Shown in pieces: positions 47,841-58,717 of a DNA stretch of 64,000 nt (position 1 is its first letter; each line of letters opens with the position of its first letter). Position numbers and translations under genes: made by a program. Below the pieces are notes generated by a model. That model did no database searches, had not been told where the DNA came from, and worked only from the letters and a program-made list of their open reading frames with translations. Where the stretch lies: positions 128,001 through 192,000 of the forward strand of contig CAVZJB010000011.1 in NCBI GenBank assembly GCA_963775425.1. The letters are read 5' to 3'. Origin of the DNA: an uncultured delta proteobacterium. Its GTDB lineage: Bacteria; Myxococcota; UBA727; VGSZ01.

Positions 47841-50287
47841 GCGCAGCGCGCTGCTGCGCTGTCCTCGCGGTCATCGCCGCGACCGGCTGCGCGCCGAAAG
47901 CGCCCGCGCTCACCTTCGGCGTCAGCACCGGCGAGCACGACGCCTATTTCCTCATCGGCAGGGGGGAGCACCACGCGCTCGGCAAGCGCGCCGACGACGG
48001 CCCCATCCAGTGCAGCTCGTGCCACGCCGCCGGCAGCGACAGCTTCACCGAGTTCTCGTGCACCGGCTGCCACGAGCATCGCCAGGACGTCACCACCGGC
48101 ATCCACTCCGGCATCGCCGAGTTCCGCTACGACAGCGCGAGCTGCCTGTCCTGTCACCCCGGTGGCAACGCCGACATCGACGGCATCGACGACGCGACGC
48201 ACACGCGCGAGTACTTCCCCATCGACGATCACAGCGCGCACAAGGCGGTGCAGTGCTCCGGTTGCCACACGCACGCCGACGACCGAACCATCGTCACCTG
48301 CACCGGCTGCCACGACCACGCCGCCGACGGGCAGGAGGTGCACGGCTCGGCGGAGCTGCAGGCGGTGCACGGGCAGATGACGGGCTACGCGTGGGACACG
48401 CAGAGCTGCCGCGATTGTCACGCGAAGAGCGAGAACCCGGGCAGCTACGATCACACGGCGTTCCCGACGGCGGCGGGCACGTCGCACGAGGGCATCTCCT
48501 GCGCCGCGTGTCACGCCACGCCGCAGGATCGCTCGCAGCTTTTGTGCGTCACCTGCCACGAGCACAACCAGGTCGAGACCGACGCCGCGCACGCCGACGT
48601 CCCCGACTACCGCTACGACTCCGGCAGCTGCGTCCTCTGCCACGCCCAGTCGCAGGTGCCCGGCGAGATCGATCACTCCACGTTCTTCCCCATCGACACC
48701 GGCGCCACGCACGCGCTCGGCACCGTCGTGGACAACGCCGGCCTCGTCCCCGACGAGACCATCGCCTGCACGTCGTGCCACAAGAACCCCACCGACAACT
48801 CGCAGGCCACGTGCCTCGGCTGCCACGCGCACTTCGAGGACGTGCTGCAGCCCATCCACGACGGCATCGCGGGCTATGCGTGGCAGGACTCGAGCTGTCT
48901 GTTCTGCCATCCGCACGGTGAGCCCGACGGCTACCTCTCCGAGCACCCCGAGTTCCCCATCGCGTCGGGCGACGCCCACCAGGGCATCGCGTGCGCGGAG
49001 TGCCACGCGTCGCAGACGGATCGCTCACAGCTCCTGTGCACGTCGTGTCACGTGCTCACCGACATGGAGCCCGTGCACCGGAGCCTGCCGGGATGGCAGT
49101 TCGACAGCACCGCCTGCTTCACGTGTCACGCGCAGTCGCAGGTGCCGGGGACGTTCGACCATGAGCCCTACTTCCCGCTCGTCGGCACGCAACACGCGCT
49201 CGGCGCCCCGAACAACCTCGTGTGCACCGACTGCCACAGGGACCGCACCAACCGCACGCTGCTCGACTGCACCGGCTGCCACCTCGGCAGCCACGACCAG
49301 GCGCCGATGAACACGGCGCACACCGGCGTCCCGAGCTACTCGTGGACGCCGGCGTCGTGCGTGGGCTGTCACCCGAACGGCACCGCCGCCGGCGCCGTGT
49401 TCTCGCACCCCTACTTCCCCATCACGGCCAACGACACACACGGGCAAAACGGCATCGCCTGCGCCGACTGCCATACGAACCCCGCCGACAACACCGTCGT
49501 CGAGTGCACCGCGTGCCACCTGGGCAGCCATGATCAGACGCCGATGACGCAGCGGCACGCAGACGTCCCCGGCTTTCAGTGGTCGACGTCCCAATGCCTG
49601 TTCTGCCACCCCAACAGCGAGCCCGTCGGCAACATCGATCACGCGCGCTTCTTCCCGATCACGGCGGGGTCCGCGCACGCGGGCATCGCCTGCGCCGACT
49701 GCCACATCGATCCGAACAACCGGCAGACGCTCGGCTGCGCGCAGTGCCACCAAGGCGACACCAACCCGACCATCGCGGCGGTGCACCAGGGCATCCCGGG
49801 CTTCGCGAGCACGTCGACGGCATGCCTGCAGTGCCACCCGCACTCGGAGTCGGTCGGGACGATGGATCACCAGGCCTACTTCCCCATCGGCGCGGGCTCC
49901 CAGCACGCGTCGGCGGCGTACGCGGCCAAGATCGCCTCAGGGCAGAACCAGTGCTCGGCGTGCCACGTCTCGCGCACCGATCGCACGCAGGAGAATTGCG
50001 CGAGCTGCCACGCCGGGGTCTCGCCGACGCCGTCGTCGTCCCACGGCTCCGTCGGCGGCTTCTCCAACAACTCCGTGAATTGCAAACAGTGCCACGGTGA
50101 TGCGCAGGTGGACACGCTTCGGTCGCACACCGTATTCAGCCCTACACACCACCGGGCCAAATGCATCGACTGCCACCGCACCTTCCGCAGCGACAAGCCC
50201 TTCGCCATCAATTTCACGCAAGGCGTGTGCACCAAGTGCCACTCGTCGTCGTGCACGGTGAACAACAGGAACGCATGCGGCGACTGA
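47828..50287 (+). CDS. Multiheme c-type cytochrome lipoprotein, 29 CxxCH motifs
   Basis: Hand count of 29 CxxCH in nine triheme repeats plus two; lipobox-like ATGC; overlaps both neighbours. Confidence 0.92.
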   Translation: MHALSAARCCAVLAVIAATGCAPKAPALTFGVSTGEHDAYFLIGRGEHHALGKRADDGPIQCSSCHAAGSDSFTEFSCTGCHEHRQDVTTGIHSGIAEFRYDSASCLSCHPGGNADIDGIDDATHTREYFPIDDHSAHKAVQCSGCHTHADDRTIVTCTGCHDHAADGQEVHGSAELQAVHGQMTGYAWDTQSCRDCHAKSENPGSYDHTAFPTAAGTSHEGISCAACHATPQDRSQLLCVTCHEHNQVETDAAHADVPDYRYDSGSCVLCHAQSQVPGEIDHSTFFPIDTGATHALGTVVDNAGLVPDETIACTSCHKNPTDNSQATCLGCHAHFEDVLQPIHDGIAGYAWQDSSCLFCHPHGEPDGYLSEHPEFPIASGDAHQGIACAECHASQTDRSQLLCTSCHVLTDMEPVHRSLPGWQFDSTACFTCHAQSQVPGTFDHEPYFPLVGTQHALGAPNNLVCTDCHRDRTNRTLLDCTGCHLGSHDQAPMNTAHTGVPSYSWTPASCVGCHPNGTAAGAVFSHPYFPITANDTHGQNGIACADCHTNPADNTVVECTACHLGSHDQTPMTQRHADVPGFQWSTSQCLFCHPNSEPVGNIDHARFFPITAGSAHAGIACADCHIDPNNRQTLGCAQCHQGDTNPTIAAVHQGIPGFASTSTACLQCHPHSESVGTMDHQAYFPIGAGSQHASAAYAAKIASGQNQCSACHVSRTDRTQENCASCHAGVSPTPSSSHGSVGGFSNNSVNCKQCHGDAQVDTLRSHTVFSPTHHRAKCIDCHRTFRSDKPFAINFTQGVCTKCHSSSCTVNNRNACGD

Positions 50288-51987
50288 AAGCACTCGCGCG
50301 CGCCGCACCGGCGCGTCCCACGACGGCGGCTCAGCGTCACGCGCGCGGCGCGGCGGGGCTGGTGGCGCTCGTGTGCCTCGTGATCCCCGTGGAGGCGCGC
50401 GCGGCGCCTGTGGCGTCGACGCGCGTCACGTTCGCGACGGCGAGCGCCATCTACGTCGACGCCGGCACCGCCGACGGCCTCGCGCAGGGCGCCAAGCTCG
50501 AGGCGCGGCACCGGCGGCGCGGCGCGGCCTCGTGCACCGTCGTCGAGATCGCCGCGCATCACGCGGTGTGCAAGGCCGACGGCAAGCGCGTGCCCGGCGT
50601 GGGCGATCGCCTGCGCTTCCAGCGCGCCGCCGCCGACGCGCCCGCCGCGGTGAAGCCGCGCCCCGACCCGCCCACGCCCGACGCGCTCGCGCCGCTGCGC
50701 AAGAAGGTCGAGGCCGCGCCGTTTCAGAAGGTGGCGTTCAAGAAGGCCCGCCGCGCGGCGCGGCCGGTGTGGACGGCGCGGGGCTCGACGACGCTGCGCC
50801 AACAGGTGTGGGCGACGTCGGGCAAGGACAACGTCTTCGCGCGCCCCTCGCTCGACGCCGGCGCGCGCGCGGGCATCGGCATCTTCCCCGGCCTGTACGC
50901 CGCCGGCGCGCTGCGCGTGCAGGGCGACGTGCTCGCGCCTCCCGAGCAGCGCTTCCGGCCCGGCGAGCTCCAGCTCTACCTGTGGAACGCGTCCGTCGGC
51001 GTCGCCGAGGGCGCCGTCGTCGGCGCCGCCGGCCGCTTCCGCCCCCAGAAGGCGCCCGGCCTCGAGCTCCTCGACGGCGCGCAGGCGGGCTTCCGCGCCT
51101 TCGGCGGCGCGCTCGAGGTGGGCGGCTACGCAGGCGCCATCCCCGACCTCGTCACGCTCGCCCCGTCCATCGACCGGCTCACCGGCGGCGCCTACTTCTC
51201 GCTCGACCTCGCGGCGGCCAAGGACGTCCTCGTCCTGCCGCGCGCGCGCGTCGGCCTCGTGAGCACCCCCGACGGAAAGACCGTGCGCGCGCTCGCGGAG
51301 GCGGAGACGCAGGTGCTCATCGACGGCGTCGTCGCCGCCGGCGGCTCCGCCCGCGTCGGCGCCGGCGGCACCGACGACCCGCTGCCCACCCTCGACGCCG
51401 CGCGCGCCGACCTCGACGTGCACACGGGCCCGCTGCACGTGGACGCCGGCTACCGCTACCTCGCGCCGCTCGCCGTCGACTTCGACGCGGCCTCGGGCGT
51501 CCCCACGGTGGGCGGCGCCCACCACGGCGACCTCGAGGCGCGCTACGCGCTGTCGTCGTGGCTCGTGATCGGCGCGGACAGCGGCGCCGGCTACGACGTC
51601 GCCACGCGCAGCGCCCGCGGCTACGCAGGGCCCATGGTCGAGCTGCCCACCGCGTTCGGCACGCTCGGCGGCCTCGAGCTGGGCTACGCCGAGGAGGCCG
51701 ACGTCGCCAAGATCCGGTGGAGCGGGCGCACGGCGTACCTCGCGGCCACCGTGTCGCCGCTCGACGTCGTTCGCATCGTCACGCGCGCCTCCTACTTCGA
51801 GGACGCCGCCATCAACGACTCGCTGCGCGAGGCCGCGCTGATGACGCTCATCGACGCGCCCGTGCTGCCGTGGCTGTCGGTGCGCGGCCGCGCGCAGGTG
51901 CAGGCGGCGCTGGCGCCTCTCGACGGCAGCACGCGCGCGTCGCCGACGACGCTTGTGGCGGATCTGGGCCTCTCCGGCTCTCTGTGA
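50275..51987 (+). CDS. Probable outer-membrane beta-barrel (porin) with an N-terminal small beta domain
   Basis: Signal peptide (EARA), IYVDAG..DGL..G domain, then long alternating amphipathic strands ending LVADLGLSGSL. Confidence 0.7.
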   Translation: MRRLKALARAAPARPTTAAQRHARGAAGLVALVCLVIPVEARAAPVASTRVTFATASAIYVDAGTADGLAQGAKLEARHRRRGAASCTVVEIAAHHAVCKADGKRVPGVGDRLRFQRAAADAPAAVKPRPDPPTPDALAPLRKKVEAAPFQKVAFKKARRAARPVWTARGSTTLRQQVWATSGKDNVFARPSLDAGARAGIGIFPGLYAAGALRVQGDVLAPPEQRFRPGELQLYLWNASVGVAEGAVVGAAGRFRPQKAPGLELLDGAQAGFRAFGGALEVGGYAGAIPDLVTLAPSIDRLTGGAYFSLDLAAAKDVLVLPRARVGLVSTPDGKTVRALAEAETQVLIDGVVAAGGSARVGAGGTDDPLPTLDAARADLDVHTGPLHVDAGYRYLAPLAVDFDAASGVPTVGGAHHGDLEARYALSSWLVIGADSGAGYDVATRSARGYAGPMVELPTAFGTLGGLELGYAEEADVAKIRWSGRTAYLAATVSPLDVVRIVTRASYFEDAAINDSLREAALMTLIDAPVLPWLSVRGRAQVQAALAPLDGSTRASPTTLVADLGLSGSL

Positions 51988-52031
51988 CGAGGCGTCCCAC
52001 CCGCACCGCGGGGGGCGGGTAACATCGGGCC

Positions 52032-53650
<1,619 letters not shown>

Positions 53651-53654
<4 letters not shown>

Positions 53655-54536
53655 TGGCTCTTGTCGCCGCGGCGCCGGCCGCCGCGGAGAAGCTGGCGGT
53701 GGTTCCCTTCGGTGACGCCGCCGGCGAGATCGTCGCCTCGGTCCGCGCGTCGGTGTCCTCCATCGAGGGGAAGCGGGTGATCTCGGCGGCCTCCACACAG
53801 GAGGACGTCCGCGGCGCCGCCGACGCCGGCGTCGCGTGCGGCGCCACCAGCGACGAGTGCCTGGTGAAGCTCGCCCTGTTCGCGCAGGTGGACGGGCTCG
53901 TGTCGGTGAGCGCCGTGCGCACCGCCGCGGGCCTCGACGTCGAATCTCGTGCTCGTGGAGGCGGCGCTCGCGCGACGCACCGGCGCCGTGCACGCCCTGG
54001 TTCCCGAGGGCGAGCACCGCGCGTCGGCCGTCGCCGACGCGGTGGCGGAGCTGCTCACGCCCGACAAGGTGCTCGGCGCCCTCGTCGTCGACAGCGCGCC
54101 GCCCGCCGCCGCTGTGAAGGTCGACGGCAACGCGGCCGGCGCCGCGCCCGCGCGCGTGCGGGTGCGCGCGGGCACCCACGACGTCGCCGTGAGCCTGCCC
54201 GGCTATGTGCCTGCGCGCCGCCGCGTCGACGTGCGCCCGGGCGCGGAGACGCCGCTGCGCCTCGTGCTCAAGCCGCTGTCGACCCCGCCACCGGGATCTG
54301 CGCCGGTGTCGGCCGGGCCGTCCGCCGGCCTGATCGCCGCCATCACCGGCGGCGCCATCGTCGCCGTGGGCGCGGGCACGGCCGTCACGCTCGACGTCAT
54401 CCTCGAGAGCGGCGGCACCGGCGACTTCGCCGCGCGAGACGCCATGCTCAACGTCGAGAAGGTCGCCGCCGTCGCCGCCGTGGCCGGCGGCGTCGTGGTC
54501 GCGGCCGGCGCCGCCATGCTTGTCACGGGCTCGTGA
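53651..54536 (+). CDS. PEGA-domain protein (apparent +1 frameshift at ~53943)
   Basis: The N-part (C.....ECL..L) joins the PEGA frame (LVVDS.P..A.VKVDG...G..P...G.H.V.V..PGY) if one A at 53943-53944 is removed; C-terminal hydrophobic segments. Confidence 0.75.
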
Positions 54537-54560
54537 GGCTCGGGCTCGTGAGGCTCGGGC

Positions 54561-55880
54561 TCAGGGCGCGCCGGCCTCGTCGGCGCCTGCGTCGGGCGCC
54601 CCGTCGCGGCGCGCGCCGTCGATGTCGAGGAGCTCGCGGGAGGCGGCGGCGACCCCAATCGCGAGCGAGTCGGGCGCGAGGTGGAGCACATCCCGGCCGG
54701 CGACGGGATCGGTCGTGAAGCCCGGGTCGACGTCGACGTTGCCGTCGCCGCTCACGCCCGGGACCACCGAGTCCAAGAAGGCGCACGTCCCCGTGAAGTC
54801 GTTGGCGTTGTTCGCCGTCACGATGGAGCGCTCGACGGTGACGCCCGTGCTGCCGCAGGCAATCCCCGTCTTGTTGCCGGTGACGGTGAGGTGCCGCAGC
54901 GCGTCCTGGCTCGTGGGTGCCAGCGCGAGCGAGAGGCCGATCTCGCTGTCGTAGATCATGGAGCTCACGATCTCGTAGTCGGCGCCGAGGTTGAGGCCCG
55001 CGTGCCCCGGGCCGGTGACGTCGTGGATGCGGCTGCGCAGGACGGTCAGCTTGGCGGCGCTCGCCTCGAGCAGCACGCCGTTGTCGGCGATGGGACCGAC
55101 CTCGCTGTCTTCGAGGACGAGCGCGCTGTCCGCGTCGTGGACGTCGATCGGCTTGCTCCCCGTGACGATGACGTTGATCAGGTGAACGTGCGTCCCCTTG
55201 TGGACGTCTAGCTTGGTCGCGCCGATGTCGATGGTCGCCGGCGCGCCGACGGCCTCGACGATGATGTTCGCCTCGTTGGGGTTGTTGTTGGCGCCGTCGA
55301 AGTTGGGCGCGGCGGCGTAGGTCGCGCCCCCGGTGAGCTCGATGATCACCTCGCCGTCGTCGCCGTCGTGCGCGAGCAGCGTGGGGGCGTCCGGCGCCGC
55401 GACCACGCTCGGGGAGAGCAGGCAGTGGCTCGGCTGGCCCCGGCACTCGTAGTTGCTCTCGACGTGGCACAGGGCGTCGCAGCCGTCGCCCGCCGTCGTC
55501 CCTCCGTCGTCGCAGGTCTCGCCGAGGGCGTCGTCGCGGACGCCGTCGCCGCAGCGCGCCGGCTCTCCCTCTCCTTCGCCCTCTCCTTCGCCCTCGCCCT
55601 CGCCCTCGCCTTCGCCTTCGCCCTCGCCCTCGCCTTCGCCCTCTCCTTCGCCCTCGCCCTCTCCTTCGCCTTCTCCTTCGCCTTCGCCTTCGCCCTCGCC
55701 CTCCTCGCCCGGGGCGACGGCGACGCAGACGCCGGCAGAGCAGGTCTGGCCGGCGGGACAGTCGTCGTTTTCGCCGTCGGCGAAGCACGGGGGCGCGTCA
55801 GCGAAGAGCAGGCAAGCGCCGGCCCCTGCGGGCACCGCGGCGATCAGCAGCACGAGGGGGACGTGGGAGACAACGCGCAC
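54561..55880 (-). CDS. (Glu-Gly)n-tract lipoprotein 5 with a myxobacterial Cys-rich repeat and a parallel beta-helix domain
   Basis: Lipobox AGAC, 4-Cys motif, ~23 EG units (55563-55703), CGDG....GETCDDG....GDGC, DPGF...HL...S.AI...DIDG..R...PDAGADE tail. Confidence 0.85.
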   Translation of the reverse strand: MRVVSHVPLVLLIAAVPAGAGACLLFADAPPCFADGENDDCPAGQTCSAGVCVAVAPGEEGEGEGEGEGEGEGEGEGEGEGEGEGEGEGEGEGEGEGEGEGEGEGEPARCGDGVRDDALGETCDDGGTTAGDGCDALCHVESNYECRGQPSHCLLSPSVVAAPDAPTLLAHDGDDGEVIIELTGGATYAAAPNFDGANNNPNEANIIVEAVGAPATIDIGATKLDVHKGTHVHLINVIVTGSKPIDVHDADSALVLEDSEVGPIADNGVLLEASAAKLTVLRSRIHDVTGPGHAGLNLGADYEIVSSMIYDSEIGLSLALAPTSQDALRHLTVTGNKTGIACGSTGVTVERSIVTANNANDFTGTCAFLDSVVPGVSGDGNVDVDPGFTTDPVAGRDVLHLAPDSLAIGVAAASRELLDIDGARRDGAPDAGADEAGAP

Positions 55881-55897
55881 GCCCGAAGTGTAGCGCG

Positions 55898-56446
55898 TTA
55901 CTCGGCGGCTTCTTCCTGGGCGCGCTCATCGATGAGCTTGAGCATCTTCTTCTTGATGACGCCCCGCCGCAGCCGCGAGAGGTAGTCGACGAAGAGCTTG
56001 CCATCGAGGTGATCGCACTCGTGCTGCAGCGCCACCGCCTTGAGGCCCTCGGCCTCGATGACGTGCTGCTGCCCCTCGAGATCCGTGTAGGTGAGTGTGC
56101 ACCGCGCGGCGCGCGTCACCATGCCCGTCTCGCCGGGGACCGAGAGGCAGCCTTCCTCCCACTCGAGCTCGCCCTGCTTGTTGGAGATCTCGGGGTTGAT
56201 GAGCACCAACGGGGCCTCCCCCGAGGGGATGTCGGCCTTGTCGCGGTCGTAGCTGCGGATGTCGACGACGACGACGCGCTTGTGGACGCCGATCTGGGGC
56301 GCGGCCAGTCCAACGCCGTCGGCGGTGTACATCGAGTCGAACATGTCCTTGGCCAGCGCCCGGATCCCCTCGTCGATGGCCTCGACTTTCGAGGAGACCT
56401 TGAGCAGCTCCGGGTTGGGCCAGATGAGGATCTCGCGGGCAGCCAT
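55898..56446 (-). CDS. def: Peptide deformylase
   Basis: GVGLAAPQIG, EEGCLSVP and QHECDHLDG motifs. Confidence 0.96.
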   Translation of the reverse strand: MAAREILIWPNPELLKVSSKVEAIDEGIRALAKDMFDSMYTADGVGLAAPQIGVHKRVVVVDIRSYDRDKADIPSGEAPLVLINPEISNKQGELEWEEGCLSVPGETGMVTRAARCTLTYTDLEGQQHVIEAEGLKAVALQHECDHLDGKLFVDYLSRLRRGVIKKKMLKLIDERAQEEAAE

Positions 56447-56492
56447 GTGCATAGTCCTAACGCCTCGCGCCGTTTCCTTCCACTGAGTCCCG

Positions 56493-58607
56493 ATGCAGGC
56501 GATCATCCGGTCGATGGCGGCCCAGTCCCTGCGCACCCGCGCCCTCAGCACCATCCTCGTGGTGTTCGTCGGTCTCACCGTCGCCATTGCGCTCGCCGGC
56601 CTCGCCGTGGTGCGCACCGGCCTCGAGCGGGACCTCGCGGCGCGCGCCAACGTCATCGGGCGCGCGCTCGGGCAGTCCACCGAGCTGTCCATCGGCGTCA
56701 GCCAGAACAACTCCGGGCTGGTCGAGCGCGCGCTGTCCTGGCTCACCACCGTCGGCGAGGACCTGGTGTTCGTCATCGTGCTCACGCCTGACGGAAGGCC
56801 CATCGCCGGCATCAGCAACGACGGCCCCATCCCGGAGGCCGACCTCGCGGCGCTCGCGGCGCGCGCCCCGCGGGCCACCGCGCTCGAGGTGGTCAAGGAC
56901 GTCTCGCTCGCGCCGGCCGCGGAGAAGCAGGCGTCCGGCGACGTGCTCGACCAGATCAACGAGGAAGCGGGCATCGAGCCGGCCGCGCCGGCGCACGTGC
57001 GCATCATGCTCACGGGCCGCGGTCAGGTGCTCCGCCAGACCGCCGCGGTCGTCGTCACGGGCATCGCTTTGTGCCTCATCTCGCTCATCGCCTTGTGGCG
57101 CATCGCGCGCGACGCCTTCCGGCGCATCGAGCCCGCGCTCGAGCACGCCCGTCGGATGGCGCAGGGCGACTTCGTCGACGGCGCGGTGGAGGCGGAGTAC
57201 CGCGAGCTGGCCACGCTGTTTCAGGCGCTCAACGAGATCTCGCAGTCGCTGAGCTTGATGATCGGCGACGTGCGCTCCCTGGGCGACGAGGTGTCGGTCG
57301 CCGTCGAGCGCATCACCGGCGCCGCCGGCAGCCTCCGCTCCGGCGCCGACGACGGCACGCGCGCGGTGGGCATCACGGAGGAGGCGGTGGCCGCCATGCA
57401 GCGCACCGTCGACGAGGCCACGCGCCGCCTCACCGACCTCGCCACCACCGCCGACGTCTCCTCGCGCGACACCGAGACCATCGAGCGCCAGAACGCGGCC
57501 ACCGGCCAGACGGTGCTCACGCTCGCCGGCGAGCTCGAGCGGCACGCCCGCTCGCTCCTCGTCATCGACGACCGCACCAAGGCGCTGTCGCGCGACGCCC
57601 GCGCCGTGGGCGAGGCGTCGGAGGCGGCCCGAGCGGCGGCCAATCGCATGCAGATGACGTCGCAGGTGGGCATGGAGCGCGCCGTGGAGGCCGCCCGTCT
57701 CGCCGAGCACGCGATGCACAGCTCGCAGGCCGGCGGCAAAGCGATCGAGGACGCCATCGCGCGCTTTCAGCAGATCGCCGCCCTCGGCAGCACCATGGAG
57801 GGCAACCTTCGGGCGCTCACGGGGCGCGTCGAGGGCATGCACCCCATGCTCGGCGCCATCGCCGACGTCACCAGCCGCACGAGCCTGCTCGCGCTCAACG
57901 CCGGCATCATCGCCGCGCAGGCGGGGGAGCGTGGCGCCGCCTTCCAGGTCGTCGTCGACGAGCTCAAGAGCCTGGCCGCGCGCACCGCGGAGCTCACCGC
58001 CACCGTGGAGCTGTCGGTGCGCACCATCCTCGAGCAGCGCGGCCGCACCGACGAGGCGGCCGAGGCGCTGCGCGGTGTGGTCGGCGCCTCCATCGAGGAC
58101 GCGCAGCGCGCCGGCGCCGCGCTCGACGCCATCCGCACCTCCACCGCGCAGAGCCAGCAGGTGTCGGCGGGCATCTCCGAGACGCTCACCAGCCAGGAGC
58201 GCGACGTGAAGGAGACGCTCGCGCGCATCGACGTCGTCGACGGCGCCGGCAACTCCGTGGAGGGCACCGCGCGCGCCCTCGCCGACGAGGTGCGCGTCTT
58301 GAAGGAGGTCGCCGAGCGCGTGACCAACGTCGCGGACGACGTCGCCCACATGAGCAAGGACCAGGGCGAGCTGGCGGCGCGCGTCGGCCAGGTGCTCTCG
58401 CTGGTGTCGCGCCAGGTGGGAGAGCTCACCTCGACGCAGGACGAGCAGCGCAGCGACGTGGCGCGCGTCGAGAAGAGCCTGCAGCAGATCCGCCGCTTCA
58501 GCGACGACGCGCGCGGGGGCGCCGCCGCCCTCGACGAGGTCGTCCAGCGCGTGCACGACAAGACCGCCGGCCTCGCCGAAGCCATCCACCGCTTCCGCAC
58601 GCGGTAG
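56493..58607 (+). CDS. Methyl-accepting chemotaxis protein
   Basis: Two TMs, HAMP, signalling hairpin TSLLALNAGIIAAQAGERGAAFQVVVDELKSLA. Confidence 0.9.
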   Translation: MQAIIRSMAAQSLRTRALSTILVVFVGLTVAIALAGLAVVRTGLERDLAARANVIGRALGQSTELSIGVSQNNSGLVERALSWLTTVGEDLVFVIVLTPDGRPIAGISNDGPIPEADLAALAARAPRATALEVVKDVSLAPAAEKQASGDVLDQINEEAGIEPAAPAHVRIMLTGRGQVLRQTAAVVVTGIALCLISLIALWRIARDAFRRIEPALEHARRMAQGDFVDGAVEAEYRELATLFQALNEISQSLSLMIGDVRSLGDEVSVAVERITGAAGSLRSGADDGTRAVGITEEAVAAMQRTVDEATRRLTDLATTADVSSRDTETIERQNAATGQTVLTLAGELERHARSLLVIDDRTKALSRDARAVGEASEAARAAANRMQMTSQVGMERAVEAARLAEHAMHSSQAGGKAIEDAIARFQQIAALGSTMEGNLRALTGRVEGMHPMLGAIADVTSRTSLLALNAGIIAAQAGERGAAFQVVVDELKSLAARTAELTATVELSVRTILEQRGRTDEAAEALRGVVGASIEDAQRAGAALDAIRTSTAQSQQVSAGISETLTSQERDVKETLARIDVVDGAGNSVEGTARALADEVRVLKEVAERVTNVADDVAHMSKDQGELAARVGQVLSLVSRQVGELTSTQDEQRSDVARVEKSLQQIRRFSDDARGGAAALDEVVQRVHDKTAGLAEAIHRFRTR

Positions 58608-58717
58608 TGCGCCGACGGTGAGCGCGTGCGGTCGCGCACACTTCGATGTGTGCATAGATCGGCGCCGGGGAATGCACGTTCCCCGCGTGACGTCCAAGCC
58701 GCTAGGATAAGGAGCAC

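Noticed and set aside
54526-54562. 15-bp tandem duplication (CGGGCTCGTGAGGCT) at the PEGA gene stop
   Set aside because: Most simply a local slippage duplication between convergent genes; no element lies between the copies.
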